From contig OZ244160.1 in NCBI GenBank assembly GCA_965216325.1, positions 2,944,001 through 3,008,000 of the forward strand: DNA of 64,000 nucleotides, in the 5' to 3' direction. The DNA comes from Coraliomargarita sp. Lineage in GTDB: Bacteria > Verrucomicrobiota > Verrucomicrobiia > Opitutales > Coraliomargaritaceae. Shown piece by piece: positions 33,976 to 43,513 of this stretch. Numbering within the stretch: the first letter of the stretch is position 1; the number at the start of each line of letters is the position of its first letter. The notes under the pieces were generated by a model, which saw only the letters and a list, made by a program, of their open reading frames with translations, made no database searches and was not told the origin of the DNA. A program made the translations under genes and the position numbers.

Positions 33976-35130
33976 GTGCGCCCGGCAGGGCGCACTTACT
34001 CGACAGTGATTATTAATGGAAATTGATGAAAGTCTGTTACTCGCCCGGCAAGGGGAAGAGTTAGCCGAAGGGCAACTGCGGCATCGCGAGGTGTTCGTGG
34101 GAAGGAAGCCTATGGCAAAGCACTGGCCTGACGAACAGGAATCGCATAAGAGGCGTTTGCGTTGGATGAGGAGGCACAGAACTTCAAAGTCCGAAACTTG
34201 CCCGGAAAGCGCAGGCGTATATGCGGCAGGCATAAGTGTGACGGTAAGTGCGCATTACCCGGGGAGGTCTCTGAACATGCTACTGGCTACCAGTGTCGCG
34301 AGGCACTGGGATGTGTTTAGAGAAGTCAGCCGAGATCATAGTAGCCTGCACAGGTCGCGGGCGAAGGATCGAACCGAAGAACGACAACAAGGACTGAGAC
34401 CATGAGCGAGAGCAGGGAAGCAGAAGCTGGCGGCACCACCCGTCAGACCCGCGTGGAAGGAACCGGACGGCATCTGGGGCGAGTCCATGCGGGCGCATCA
34501 AGCGCGCCATCGGCCTTGGAGACCAAACTGAAGCTGAAGGTCAACCACCTCAAAAGCGCGGTGGATCGTCCGAGCCGCCGGATCTTCCTCGGCTACAGCT
34601 TCACTGGGGGCAAGCATAGCCGCATTCGCGTGCCCAAACAGACGACTCAAAAGATGAAGTCCAAGCTGCGGAAACTCTGCCGCAAAGGGCGCGGGCGCAA
34701 CCTGCGCCGCTTCATCGCTGAGACGCTCAATCCAGTGCTACGCGGCTGGACGAACTACTTCCGCCTGAGTCAGACGAAAACCTTCGCCGGGGAACTGGAC
34801 GAATGGTTGCGACATCGCTTGCGGTGCATCCTCTGGCGACAGTGGAAACGTCCCCACACCCGCTACAGGAAGCTGGTGCAGCTTGGGCTCAGCCCCGAAT
34901 GTGCCCGCAAAAGCAGCTACAACGGACGCGGGGCGTGGTTTAACAGCGGAGCCTCTCACATGAACCAAGCCCTCCCACGCAAAGCCTTCACGCAAATGAA
35001 GCTCCTATCTGTCTATGATTTGCTCGAATTGATGAGAGCCGAAATCCTTCTTCGGAACCGCCGTGATACGTGAACCGTACGTCCGGTGGTGTGAGAGCTT
35101 GGAGCGGGCAACCGCTCCCGGCTACTCGAT
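33976..35130 (+). mobile_element. Group IIC intron, internally deleted
   Basis: 5' GTGCGCCCGGC end right after a terminator. Conserved ATTACCCGGGGAGGTCT, GAGAAGTCAGCCGAG..ATAGTAG and GAAGGATCGAAC segments. D5/D6 GAACCGCCGTGATACG...CGGTGGTGTGAGAG...CTACTCGAT at the 3' end. Confidence 0.92.
34402..35073 (+). pseudogene. Intron-encoded protein lacking RT0-RT6; retains RT7 and domain X (maturase/thumb)
   Basis: N-terminal leader fused in frame to LKLKVN..KSAVDRP..FLGYSF and LNPVLRGWTNYF..LDEWLRHRLR. No YADD motif. Confidence 0.85.
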
Positions 35131-35200
35131 ATAGCTGACTAGTCCAAAAGGACTAATCCAAACCGTTGCGTGCGTGTCACAATTTTCCTATCAAAAATAT

Positions 35201-35362
35201 ATGAAAAATTGCGAACGTTGCGGTAATCTAATGAAGGCAACCGAAGAGTGCTGGAAATGCCGTCATGAGGCAGAGGACCTTAGGCATCGCCTGTTTCTTG
35301 GTCTGATCGGCTTTACAGTTGTCTGCTCGATGTCCTTGCTCTGGGTAAGTCTCGCCGCCTGA
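35201..35362 (+). CDS. Small CxxC/CxxC protein with a C-terminal TM helix
   Basis: MKNCERC...CWKC followed by a hydrophobic helix, then a terminator. Confidence 0.5.
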   Translation: MKNCERCGNLMKATEECWKCRHEAEDLRHRLFLGLIGFTVVCSMSLLWVSLAA

Positions 35363-35421
35363 TTCTAGTTTCAGGCTGTTCTGCCTTTTCTGCTCGCTGG
35401 TTGAGTGATCGGAGGAGATGC

Positions 35422-35457
35422 AAAAAAGGCCCGCATGTTTAAAACATGCGGGCCTTT
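35422..35457. terminator. Bidirectional terminator
   Basis: aaaggcccgcatgttt/aaacatgcgggccttt between convergent genes. Confidence 0.85.
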
Positions 35458-35482
35458 GTGCATCAATAGAGTGCTCTGAGGC

Positions 35483-37480
35483 TTACCAGAAGACTGCGTA
35501 GAGCGCGATGGTTGCGATCACGACACCGATGCCGACGATCTTGGCTCCATTTGAGGTTTCCAGTTCGATCTGATCGTTGACTGGCATTTCGACCGGCTTC
35601 TCCATTGGCTTCACAAGGGTAAGGATCGCACCGACGAGCAGAACGATGAAGAAGCAGATTGCCATACGGTCAAGGAAGGCGATCTGATCTGCATACCACC
35701 AGCCGTTTGCTACGATGATTGGGCCTAGCACCCACTTGAAGGCACCGTAAGCGACGACATTGGTGAGGATACCAACGGCACCGAAGTAGCGTGGTGTGCG
35801 CGGTGAGAAGAAACCGAAGATGAACACCGCCAGAATACCTGGTGAGATGAAGCCTTGGAACTCCTGAATGTAAGCAAAGATACTTTCGAAGTTGTTGAGC
35901 TTCGGTGCGACGAAACCGGCAAGGATGACGAACACGACAACGAAGAAGCGTCCAACCTTAACCAATTTCTCCGGGTTCGTCTCGCCACTGAATTTAGAAT
36001 ACAAATCCATGGTTGCGATTGTGGATGCGGAATTGAGCATCGATGCGAGCGAGCTGATAACCGCACCACACAGCGCCGCCAGAACGAACCAAGAGATCAG
36101 CGGCATTGGTTTGATCAGGTTGCGAACCAGAACTGGGAAGGCGGAGTCGTAGTCGTAACCAACCAGTGTGGCGCCGACAGTGGTCGTTGCGTTCTTGCCT
36201 TTGGCTTCAGCATCCTTGGCAACTGCAGTATCTGCGAGAGCATTGATCGCAGCTGCAGTGTCTGCAGGCGTTGCTCCAGAAGGGAAGGCGTCGGTGCTGC
36301 CTGCGAGCTTCGCGTTGCGGTTGTAGAGCTCGGTTACAAACTCCGGCTGTAGTTCTACAAATGCTGCATCCACTTTAATCACCTGTGCTTCGGTCGCTCG
36401 GTTCAGCGCATTTTGGTTACGGACTTCAGCAGAGTCATGAAGATCCCCTGAGAAGAGGTTGAAGGCCAGGATGCCGGGAATTACCACGACGAACGGGATG
36501 ACCAGTTTCAGCAAAGCTGCGAAAACAATACCTTTTTGACCTTCGGCGAGTGATTTGGAACCGAGTGTGCGTTGCACGATATACTGGTTGAGGCCCCAGT
36601 AGAAGAAGTTAGGAATCCACAGGCCGATGAGTAGAGCAGTCCAAGGGATGTCGGAGTCTTCCTTCGGGCGAACCATGTGCATCTTACCACCGGATCCGTT
36701 TGGTCCATTAGCTGCAACGGCTTCGCCATCGACACCGTCGTTGAGTAAGATCAGTCGCTCGTAGGCACCGGCAGCCTCAAGGTCGGCTACAGTCGCCTCG
36801 GAGTTTGCCACCTTAGTGAGGATTAGTTCTTCAGCTGGAGCATCGGCAAGGTGTTGGAAGGCGAGAACCATCACAATGGCACCACCTACGACCAGTGCAG
36901 CACCCCAGATGAGGTCAGTCCATGCACAGGCCTTCAGGCCGCCAATAAAGACATAAACCGCTGCGAAAATCGCGATTAGCCAACAAACTGCTGTCAGATT
37001 GTTTAAGACCGGAACCTCATTGTAGTATTCGGAAACGAACTTACCACCTGAGAAAATAACCGAGGAGGTGGTCACGAAGACCAGCGTCACAATTGCTGGG
37101 ATCGCCATTGCCAGACGAGCCACACCATCGAAGCGATATTGCAGGAACTCAGGAATCGTGTACAGGCCTGCTTTCAGGAAGCGTGGCAAGAACCAGAACG
37201 CAACGAAGATCAGAGTTACGGCGGCCATCCATTCGTAGGAGGCAATCGCCATACCGAGCCAATTGGCCGCAGAGCCGGACATGCCCACGAATTGCTCAGT
37301 GGAGATGTTAGCCGCAATCAGCGAGAAGCCCACGAGCCACCAGGTGAGGCCACGACCAGCGAGGAAGTAGTCTGAGGCACCTTTGTCGCCATGGAGATCT
37401 TCGTCTCGGCTTTTCCAAATGCCGAGGCCGATCACGCCGACCACGGCAACAATGAAGAGAACAACTTCTAGTATATTCAT
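35483..37480 (-). CDS. Sodium:solute symporter (SSS) family sugar transporter
   Basis: YFLAGR, AANISTEQFVGMSG, NQYIVQRTL and SSLASMLNS motifs. Confidence 0.92.
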   Translation of the reverse strand: MNILEVVLFIVAVVGVIGLGIWKSRDEDLHGDKGASDYFLAGRGLTWWLVGFSLIAANISTEQFVGMSGSAANWLGMAIASYEWMAAVTLIFVAFWFLPRFLKAGLYTIPEFLQYRFDGVARLAMAIPAIVTLVFVTTSSVIFSGGKFVSEYYNEVPVLNNLTAVCWLIAIFAAVYVFIGGLKACAWTDLIWGAALVVGGAIVMVLAFQHLADAPAEELILTKVANSEATVADLEAAGAYERLILLNDGVDGEAVAANGPNGSGGKMHMVRPKEDSDIPWTALLIGLWIPNFFYWGLNQYIVQRTLGSKSLAEGQKGIVFAALLKLVIPFVVVIPGILAFNLFSGDLHDSAEVRNQNALNRATEAQVIKVDAAFVELQPEFVTELYNRNAKLAGSTDAFPSGATPADTAAAINALADTAVAKDAEAKGKNATTTVGATLVGYDYDSAFPVLVRNLIKPMPLISWFVLAALCGAVISSLASMLNSASTIATMDLYSKFSGETNPEKLVKVGRFFVVVFVILAGFVAPKLNNFESIFAYIQEFQGFISPGILAVFIFGFFSPRTPRYFGAVGILTNVVAYGAFKWVLGPIIVANGWWYADQIAFLDRMAICFFIVLLVGAILTLVKPMEKPVEMPVNDQIELETSNGAKIVGIGVVIATIALYAVFW

Positions 37481-37630
37481 AAGTGTGCTTAATGCCCTTA
37501 AAATATAGGTTTATAGCTTAGGGCTTGTTTGTGTTGTTGGGTTAGAGCAGAAAGGGCTAACCATGTATAAGCGTGACGCTATTTCAACTGCCAATATTCA
37601 CATATTTATAGAGTATTTGCAGGACTGATT

Positions 37631-39769
37631 TTACAAAAAAGCATACAGGCAGAACCAGCCGCCGACTGAGGCAACGATGGTAAGCCCGAGGGCGATCCAG
37701 ATGATTTTTCTGACTCGGTGGCTCTCATCGAAGCTGCACTGGGCACTGACGGGGAGGGTGGCTCGCTTGGTGAGGACGCGTCCAAGTGCCGCTGAGATGA
37801 GTGTGCGCCCGTTCACTGCCCAGCCGGATGCATCCAATAGGGGAGCAAGGGTGCGCTTACGAAGTTTGAGCCAGGCGATGATCATCGACGGTAGGGAGAT
37901 CATTAAGACCATACTGATTAGAATCAGTGGTAGCTGCCAGAGGGGGAGTGCTTTCATTGTCTCAAATAGAGACGCGAGACCGGCTCCAAGTGCACCGAGT
38001 GCAATGCCACCGGCAGCCAGCATGCCTGCGAGTCCTCCGGCTCCGCTGAGTGTTGTTGGTTTTGCCGCTGCGTTCTCGCTGCCGACGTTTTTGACGCCGC
38101 TTTCAAGTTGCTTCTGAATCGCTTTGTCTCGGGTGACTGCCCATTTCTCGAGCTGATCGCCAATGAATCTGCCGACCCGGACGTAGGGCATGAGGAAGGC
38201 CTCGCCGATGCAGATCGGGTTTTGAATGATTCGGACTACTGTAGTGTCCCAAAGCTTACCCTTTTTATCGAGAAAGATACCGTTGCGACCGACGATGAGA
38301 TTGGCGGAGTCACCAGCGGTAAACACCGAAGCAATGTAGAATTTCCCTGGGGAGTCTTTGCGGTGACACTGGCAATAGACTACAAAGGCGCGGGAGAGGG
38401 CAGCGAGTGCAGCATGCTTGCCGGGATCGGCGACTTTGAGGGTCAACTGGCACTCACGACCATCGAGGTAGAGTGTGCCCGCTTGAAAGATCGCGCTCCG
38501 TTCCTTTGCGTAGAAGTCGTTGAAGTTGACGAAGTTATTGAGGATTTGAACGAGGTCGCGGTGGAAACGGGCAAGCTGCTCGACGGCATCGACCGATTTC
38601 ATCCGTGGCGCGAGCGCGAGGTCTTCGGCTAGCATTGCTGCGAGCTGGTCCTGTAGATCCGATTGCAACAAGGCTCGTGCGCGGGTGATTCCGAGCTTTT
38701 CAACTCCTGTTTCCGGCTTGGACTGGCGCCATTTACGATAGCTGCTGAAGCGCAGCTTCACTTCTTGCCACTCTGCTCGTGAGAGTGATTCTGGAGTCCC
38801 AAACTTCAGTGGTTCGATAATCTGACTGAAGAGCGCGTCGAAGCGACTTTGCCACTCTGGGTTGATTCCGCCTCTGAGTGGCAATTCTGCTTCCGGTCCA
38901 ACCGTTGCCAAGGGGAGGCCTTCGATTTCCTGATTGCTGCTCGAGAGGTCGGTATCGGCGATCTGTTTGTAAAGTGCGACATCACGATTCAGCGGCTCAA
39001 TCGCACGTGAGTCGAAGGCCGCAAGCTGGCAGCGGGCGTAGAAATCGTCTAGCTTTGCCTCGATGGCTTTTAAGCTTTTGAAGGCTTTTGGGGTGGATTC
39101 CGCGAGTGGAAATACTTCGTTGTTTGCTTCGGTTTCACCCTGTGTCCACCAGTCATTATAGGCATTCAGCTCTTTGAAAAAGCTATCCAGTTTCTGTTGT
39201 CCAATGCCAGGTGTGCCGCCGCGGTCGGTGTCTGCGCCGACGGTATCCATAATCTCCTGAATTAACTGCTGGAGCTCTTCGCTATCGACGGAATCCTTGG
39301 AAATGACACCGTCGCCGTTGTAGCGGGATTGGCCGAAAATCTTGGCGGTGTTGGCGGATTGTGCGACCGAGATGTGCGTTGCATCGGCACTACCTGTATT
39401 CGCCAGTATCTGCTTCGCGGAGGCGAGTAGGGCGCCACCCTCGTCATCATCTGCGCGAATTGCATCCAGTGGTAAGTCACCTCCATCAAATAGAGATTCC
39501 GGCTTTGATAGGCGAGCGAGCGTCCATTGCACCGCCGTTAGCATCTCTTCGATACGCACGCGGCCATCTGCATCATGATCGATTAAAGCGAGTGTTTTGC
39601 TGTCAATCTCCAAGCCATTGACGGGGCAACTGAGTGCGACCCATAACTTTGGATCGAGTGTCTCGAGGGCGCGTAGGTCCTCGACGCTGTTGAGCTGAAC
39701 TTGAAAAATGCCCCCGCTGTGGCGCAGTTGCCAGGGGTGCTTGGATTTGAGGGCGTTGAGCTTAAGCAT
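37631..39769 (-). CDS. Large hypothetical membrane protein with EF-hand-like loops
   Basis: 712-aa ORF with DHDADGRVRIEE and NGDGVI loops and C-terminal TM helices. Confidence 0.7.
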   Translation of the reverse strand: MLKLNALKSKHPWQLRHSGGIFQVQLNSVEDLRALETLDPKLWVALSCPVNGLEIDSKTLALIDHDADGRVRIEEMLTAVQWTLARLSKPESLFDGGDLPLDAIRADDDEGGALLASAKQILANTGSADATHISVAQSANTAKIFGQSRYNGDGVISKDSVDSEELQQLIQEIMDTVGADTDRGGTPGIGQQKLDSFFKELNAYNDWWTQGETEANNEVFPLAESTPKAFKSLKAIEAKLDDFYARCQLAAFDSRAIEPLNRDVALYKQIADTDLSSSNQEIEGLPLATVGPEAELPLRGGINPEWQSRFDALFSQIIEPLKFGTPESLSRAEWQEVKLRFSSYRKWRQSKPETGVEKLGITRARALLQSDLQDQLAAMLAEDLALAPRMKSVDAVEQLARFHRDLVQILNNFVNFNDFYAKERSAIFQAGTLYLDGRECQLTLKVADPGKHAALAALSRAFVVYCQCHRKDSPGKFYIASVFTAGDSANLIVGRNGIFLDKKGKLWDTTVVRIIQNPICIGEAFLMPYVRVGRFIGDQLEKWAVTRDKAIQKQLESGVKNVGSENAAAKPTTLSGAGGLAGMLAAGGIALGALGAGLASLFETMKALPLWQLPLILISMVLMISLPSMIIAWLKLRKRTLAPLLDASGWAVNGRTLISAALGRVLTKRATLPVSAQCSFDESHRVRKIIWIALGLTIVASVGGWFCLYAFL

Positions 39770-39820
39770 TTAACGTTTTTGTATAGTAGTAATTCGTTCG
39801 ATGTTAAGATAATTCATAAG

Positions 39821-39897
39821 CTAGGGGCGCTGCTTGCGGCGCCCGTCCTATGGAACAGAATACCCACACGATGACGGGCTTCGCGAGCAAAGCCCCT
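39821..39897. repeat. REPIN interrupted at its right CT|AC end by the IS110
   Basis: CTAGGGGCGCTGCTTGCGGCGCCC ... GGGCTTCGCGAGCAAAGCCCCT; the missing AC follows the element at 41374-41375. Confidence 0.75.
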
Positions 39898-39959
39898 GCT
39901 ATGTTCGTTTCTGTCAAGAGTGTAGAAGCGTGTGAGTGTTTTTACATAAGATAAGTGGT

Positions 39960-40175
39960 TTGTTTTGATTGCAATCGTCTTTGAGCGTCCACCGCGCATG
40001 GCCTCGGAGTTTCGATGATCCGGGATAACCTGCTATCCGTGTTTCTGAGTGTTTCTCAGAAGAGCACACTATGACCTATCCATTGGGTCATTCAAAAGCT
40101 TGGTGGCGAAGTGGCCTATTCTACAAAATCGTTGTGTTGGCAACAGGGGCTTGGTCAGACTCACTCCGCACAAAG
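39960..40175 (-). ncRNA. Putative bridge/seek RNA of the IS110 element (boundaries approximate)
   Basis: Stem-loops whose internal loops contain target-matching CAAGCCCCT and GTAG, and donor-matching ATAGCAG. Confidence 0.55.
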
Positions 40176-40233
40176 GAAAACTGCAAAAGAACGTTAAAAT
40201 CAGAGGGTGAAGGCCTTTAGCGTTGGTTCGGAC

Positions 40234-41322
40234 TTATGGGTTTTGTCTGCTTATCAGTCCGAAGTCTTCGAGACTGCATTGGCCAGTGCGTATGCGCCAC
40301 CAGTCCACGGCGAACTGCCGGGCGATGGCCACGGCAATTTTCTTGCGGGTCGCCTTACTGGTGGTCTCGTCGCTGAGCTTGGCCTGCCATTTACGCACCC
40401 CACTGTAGCCGGGATTCCACCGGATCAATAACCAGGCGCACTCTTGTAGCATATGCCGCAGGCGGGGACTGCCGTGTTTGTTGATCGAGCCCTGGAAACG
40501 CCGATTTGCACTAGTGTCTTCGCTTGGGCACAGTCCGGTAAAGGAACTGACCGCCTTGCGGTTGTTGAATCGCTTCCAGTTGCAGACCTCACGTTCGATC
40601 TGTTCATAGAGGACCACCCCCATGCCTTTAGGCAGCACCCGTTCCGGCTCGAGCGCTTCGATACGTTCTTCGATGTTGCTGATTAGCTCGCTAAAGTGCA
40701 GGCAGTTTAACCGCAGTGGCTCCAGCAGGCTGATCAAAAAATCGTCGAGCTGTTCGAGTAGCTGCATCCATTTGCGCGGCTTCCACCAGCCGCTGGGTAA
40801 GGGTTGATCGTAATACAGTCCCAGACTCTTACCACGCTTGGCCGCACGGCCACGTTCTTTGACGAAGCTTTCACGCTGCCGGGTTAGGCTGCGGTGACGC
40901 TCTTCTTGCTCGCTGGGCACACGCACGACACTGAAGCTGCGGTCATTGCCCCGCAGATAGCCGTCCAGACTCAAGACCATTTGCAACGCATCACGCGCGT
41001 CGGTCTTTACCTTCTTACCATGAGTGTCCCAGTTGATCGGGCGGATTACGTGGTTGTTCACGCCCATCGCCTTGAGCTTGCGGTGCAGGCTGTAACCAAA
41101 AGGACCGGCCTCGTAGCAACTTTGCAACTGCTCGCACTGAGTGCTCAGCTGCTTAATCCATCGAAGGAAGATATCAGGCTTCATGCGCTTCGCGCGTGAA
41201 GGGGCGCTGCTATCGATCTTCATGACCACCACGTAGGTGCTCGCATGCACGTCAATGCCAAGCTTGATTACTGTGCCCAGTGCGTTCTTAGTTGTCCGTG
41301 TAGATGATGTGGGGTTTTGCAT
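40234..41322 (-). CDS. IS110 family DEDD transposase/recombinase
   Basis: GIDVH, CYEAGPFG, KTDARDA, GLCPSEDTSA and GSINKHG motifs. Confidence 0.93.
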   Translation of the reverse strand: MQNPTSSTRTTKNALGTVIKLGIDVHASTYVVVMKIDSSAPSRAKRMKPDIFLRWIKQLSTQCEQLQSCYEAGPFGYSLHRKLKAMGVNNHVIRPINWDTHGKKVKTDARDALQMVLSLDGYLRGNDRSFSVVRVPSEQEERHRSLTRQRESFVKERGRAAKRGKSLGLYYDQPLPSGWWKPRKWMQLLEQLDDFLISLLEPLRLNCLHFSELISNIEERIEALEPERVLPKGMGVVLYEQIEREVCNWKRFNNRKAVSSFTGLCPSEDTSANRRFQGSINKHGSPRLRHMLQECAWLLIRWNPGYSGVRKWQAKLSDETTSKATRKKIAVAIARQFAVDWWRIRTGQCSLEDFGLISRQNP

Positions 41323-41432
41323 AAGTTTATCATCATAGCACTTCCGTGCTCCTGATAAACGCCCATGTCATCTACGCGATCTTTCTTCGCCTTGTCGCTT
41401 GCTCCAATCTGCGAGCCCGCTTTTCTAAGGTC

Positions 41433-43508
41433 GTGGATTTTAAACTCAGTAGTGACTACGCTCCTCAGGGAGATCAGCCGGAGGCGATCAAAGCATTGGT
41501 CGATTCGCTGCGTTCGGGGACGAAGTATCAGACGCTGCTGGGGGTGACTGGGTCGGGTAAAACCTTCTCGATGGCGAACGTGATTCAGGAACTGCAGCGT
41601 CCGGCGCTGATCATTTCGCACAATAAGACCTTGGCGGCTCAGCTTTACTCCGAGTTTAAGGCTTTCTTTCCTGAGAATGCGGTCGAGTATTTTGTTAGTT
41701 ATTACGATTACTATCAGCCTGAAGCCTATATTCCACAGACGGATACCTATATCGAAAAAGACTCCTCGATTAACGACGAGATCGAGCGTCTGCGGATTGC
41801 GGCTTCGTCATCACTGATCAGTCGTCGAGATGTGATCGTGATTGCTTCAGTGTCGTGTATCTACGGCCTAGGCTCTCCGGAAGACTTCAAGGAGATGATG
41901 CTTCCGCTTGAAGTTGGGATGGAACTCTCGCGTGATACTTTTTTGGAGCGACTGGTTGAGATTCTCTACGAGCGCAATGACGTCGATTTTAAGCGAGGCA
42001 GCTTCCGGGTGCGTGGCGATGTGGTGGATATATATCCTGCTTACATGGAAAGTGCCATCCGTGTAGAGTTCTGGGGCGATGAACTCGAGGCGATTTTTGA
42101 ATTGGATCCTTTAACGGGGGAGACCGCTGGGCGGTTGGAGATGTTCCATCTGTATCCAGCGACTCAATACGTTACGCCAAAGGATAAAATTGAAAACGCG
42201 GTAAAGGGTATTCGGGCCGAACTGGATGAGCGAATCGCATGGTTTGAGTCGCAGAATTTGTTGCTGGAAGCGCAGCGGATTAAAATGCGCACTGAGTATG
42301 ATATTGAGTTGCTACAGGAAATGGGCTTCTGCACTGGGATTGAGAACTACTCTCGTTACCTGTCTGGGCGAAAGCCAGGTGAGCGTCCGTTCTGCCTGAT
42401 TGATTTCTTTCCGAAGGATTTTCTGCTCTTTGTTGACGAAAGTCACGTAACACTGCCGCAAGTTCGTGCCATGTATAATGGCGATAAAGCACGCAAAGAA
42501 CGCTTGGTTCAATACGGCTTCCGTTTGCCCTCTGCTTTGGATAATCGGCCGCAAAAGCTGGAAGAGTTCGAGTCCATCACAGGGCAGACTGTGTATGTAT
42601 CGGCGACTCCTGCGCAGCATGAGTTTGATGTGTCTAAAACGATTGCCGAGCAGGTGATTCGCCCGACCGGCCTGCTGGATCCTGTGATGGAACTACGCCC
42701 GATCAAAGGACAGGTTGAAGATGTGATGGGAGAAGTCCGCAATGCTGCGGATGAGGGCGAACGCACCTTAATCACCACGCTGACCAAGCGCATGTCCGAG
42801 GATCTCACCGATTACCTGCGTGAGGCCGGCCTGAGTGTCGAGTATCTACACTCAGATATCGATGCGATTGAGCGTGTTGAGATTCTACGTCGATTGCGTA
42901 AGGGCGACTTCGATGTTTTGATTGGGGTGAATTTGTTGCGTGAAGGTTTGGATCTTCCAGAGGTTGCCTTGGTTGGTATTCTCGATGCCGATAAGGAAGG
43001 CTTCCTACGCAGTTCGACGAGTTTGATCCAGACGGCCGGTCGTGCCGCACGTCACGAGAAGGGACGAGTAATCCTGTATGCCGATAATATTACGGATTCG
43101 ATCAAGCACACGCTTGAGACCACCGATTACCGCCGTGAGAAACAAATCGCCTACAATGAAGCGCATGGCATCACTCCGAAGTCCGTTCAACGCGGGCTTG
43201 ATGAGAGCCTGCATGCACCTGGCAGTAAGCGCTACTCGCAAGAGGATGACGAGCCATTGCTGGTTGCTGAATCCGATGATCGTGATGTCGCTGAGGTGAT
43301 CGCCGAAATGGAAGAAGAGATGTTGGAGGCGGCACGAAAGCTCGAGTTCGAAAAAGCCGCACTGATTCGAGACCAAATTGAGATTTTGCAATCCGGTAAA
43401 ATGGACACCGCAACCGGCGCAGCCAAAGCCAAGTCCTCCGGAGGCAAGCGGCGTAAAGGAAAAGCCGTCTACAATGCCAAAGGCCTGCCGAAGAAGCGCA
43501 GGAAATAA
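41433..43508 (+). CDS. uvrB: Excinuclease ABC subunit B
   Basis: GDQPEAI, GVTGSGKT, YYDYYQPEAY and DESH motifs. GTG start inferred at 41433, because the longer ORF starts inside the IS. Confidence 0.96.
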   Translation: MDFKLSSDYAPQGDQPEAIKALVDSLRSGTKYQTLLGVTGSGKTFSMANVIQELQRPALIISHNKTLAAQLYSEFKAFFPENAVEYFVSYYDYYQPEAYIPQTDTYIEKDSSINDEIERLRIAASSSLISRRDVIVIASVSCIYGLGSPEDFKEMMLPLEVGMELSRDTFLERLVEILYERNDVDFKRGSFRVRGDVVDIYPAYMESAIRVEFWGDELEAIFELDPLTGETAGRLEMFHLYPATQYVTPKDKIENAVKGIRAELDERIAWFESQNLLLEAQRIKMRTEYDIELLQEMGFCTGIENYSRYLSGRKPGERPFCLIDFFPKDFLLFVDESHVTLPQVRAMYNGDKARKERLVQYGFRLPSALDNRPQKLEEFESITGQTVYVSATPAQHEFDVSKTIAEQVIRPTGLLDPVMELRPIKGQVEDVMGEVRNAADEGERTLITTLTKRMSEDLTDYLREAGLSVEYLHSDIDAIERVEILRRLRKGDFDVLIGVNLLREGLDLPEVALVGILDADKEGFLRSSTSLIQTAGRAARHEKGRVILYADNITDSIKHTLETTDYRREKQIAYNEAHGITPKSVQRGLDESLHAPGSKRYSQEDDEPLLVAESDDRDVAEVIAEMEEEMLEAARKLEFEKAALIRDQIEILQSGKMDTATGAAKAKSSGGKRRKGKAVYNAKGLPKKRRK

Positions 43509-43513
43509 TCAGA

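Larger units (their letters stand above)
39898..41373 (-). mobile_element. IS110 family insertion sequence (CT core, long 3' non-coding end)
   Basis: Transposase present. CT at both junctions (39896-39897 and 41372-41373). Removing the element restores AAAGCCCCTAC. TTGACA lies near the element end on the minus strand. Confidence 0.8.

Noticed and set aside
34016..34405. 129-aa ORF upstream of the intron ORF
   Set aside because: It overlies ribozyme domains I-III and is not a credible protein.
39899..41374. Alternative IS110 boundary with a CTA/TAG core
   Set aside because: The CT-core boundary restores a canonical REP end (GCCCCTAC) and matches both predicted guides better.
41346..41432. 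N-terminal extension of UvrB in the ORF track
   Set aside because: It begins inside the IS110 end; UvrB homology starts at GTG 41433.
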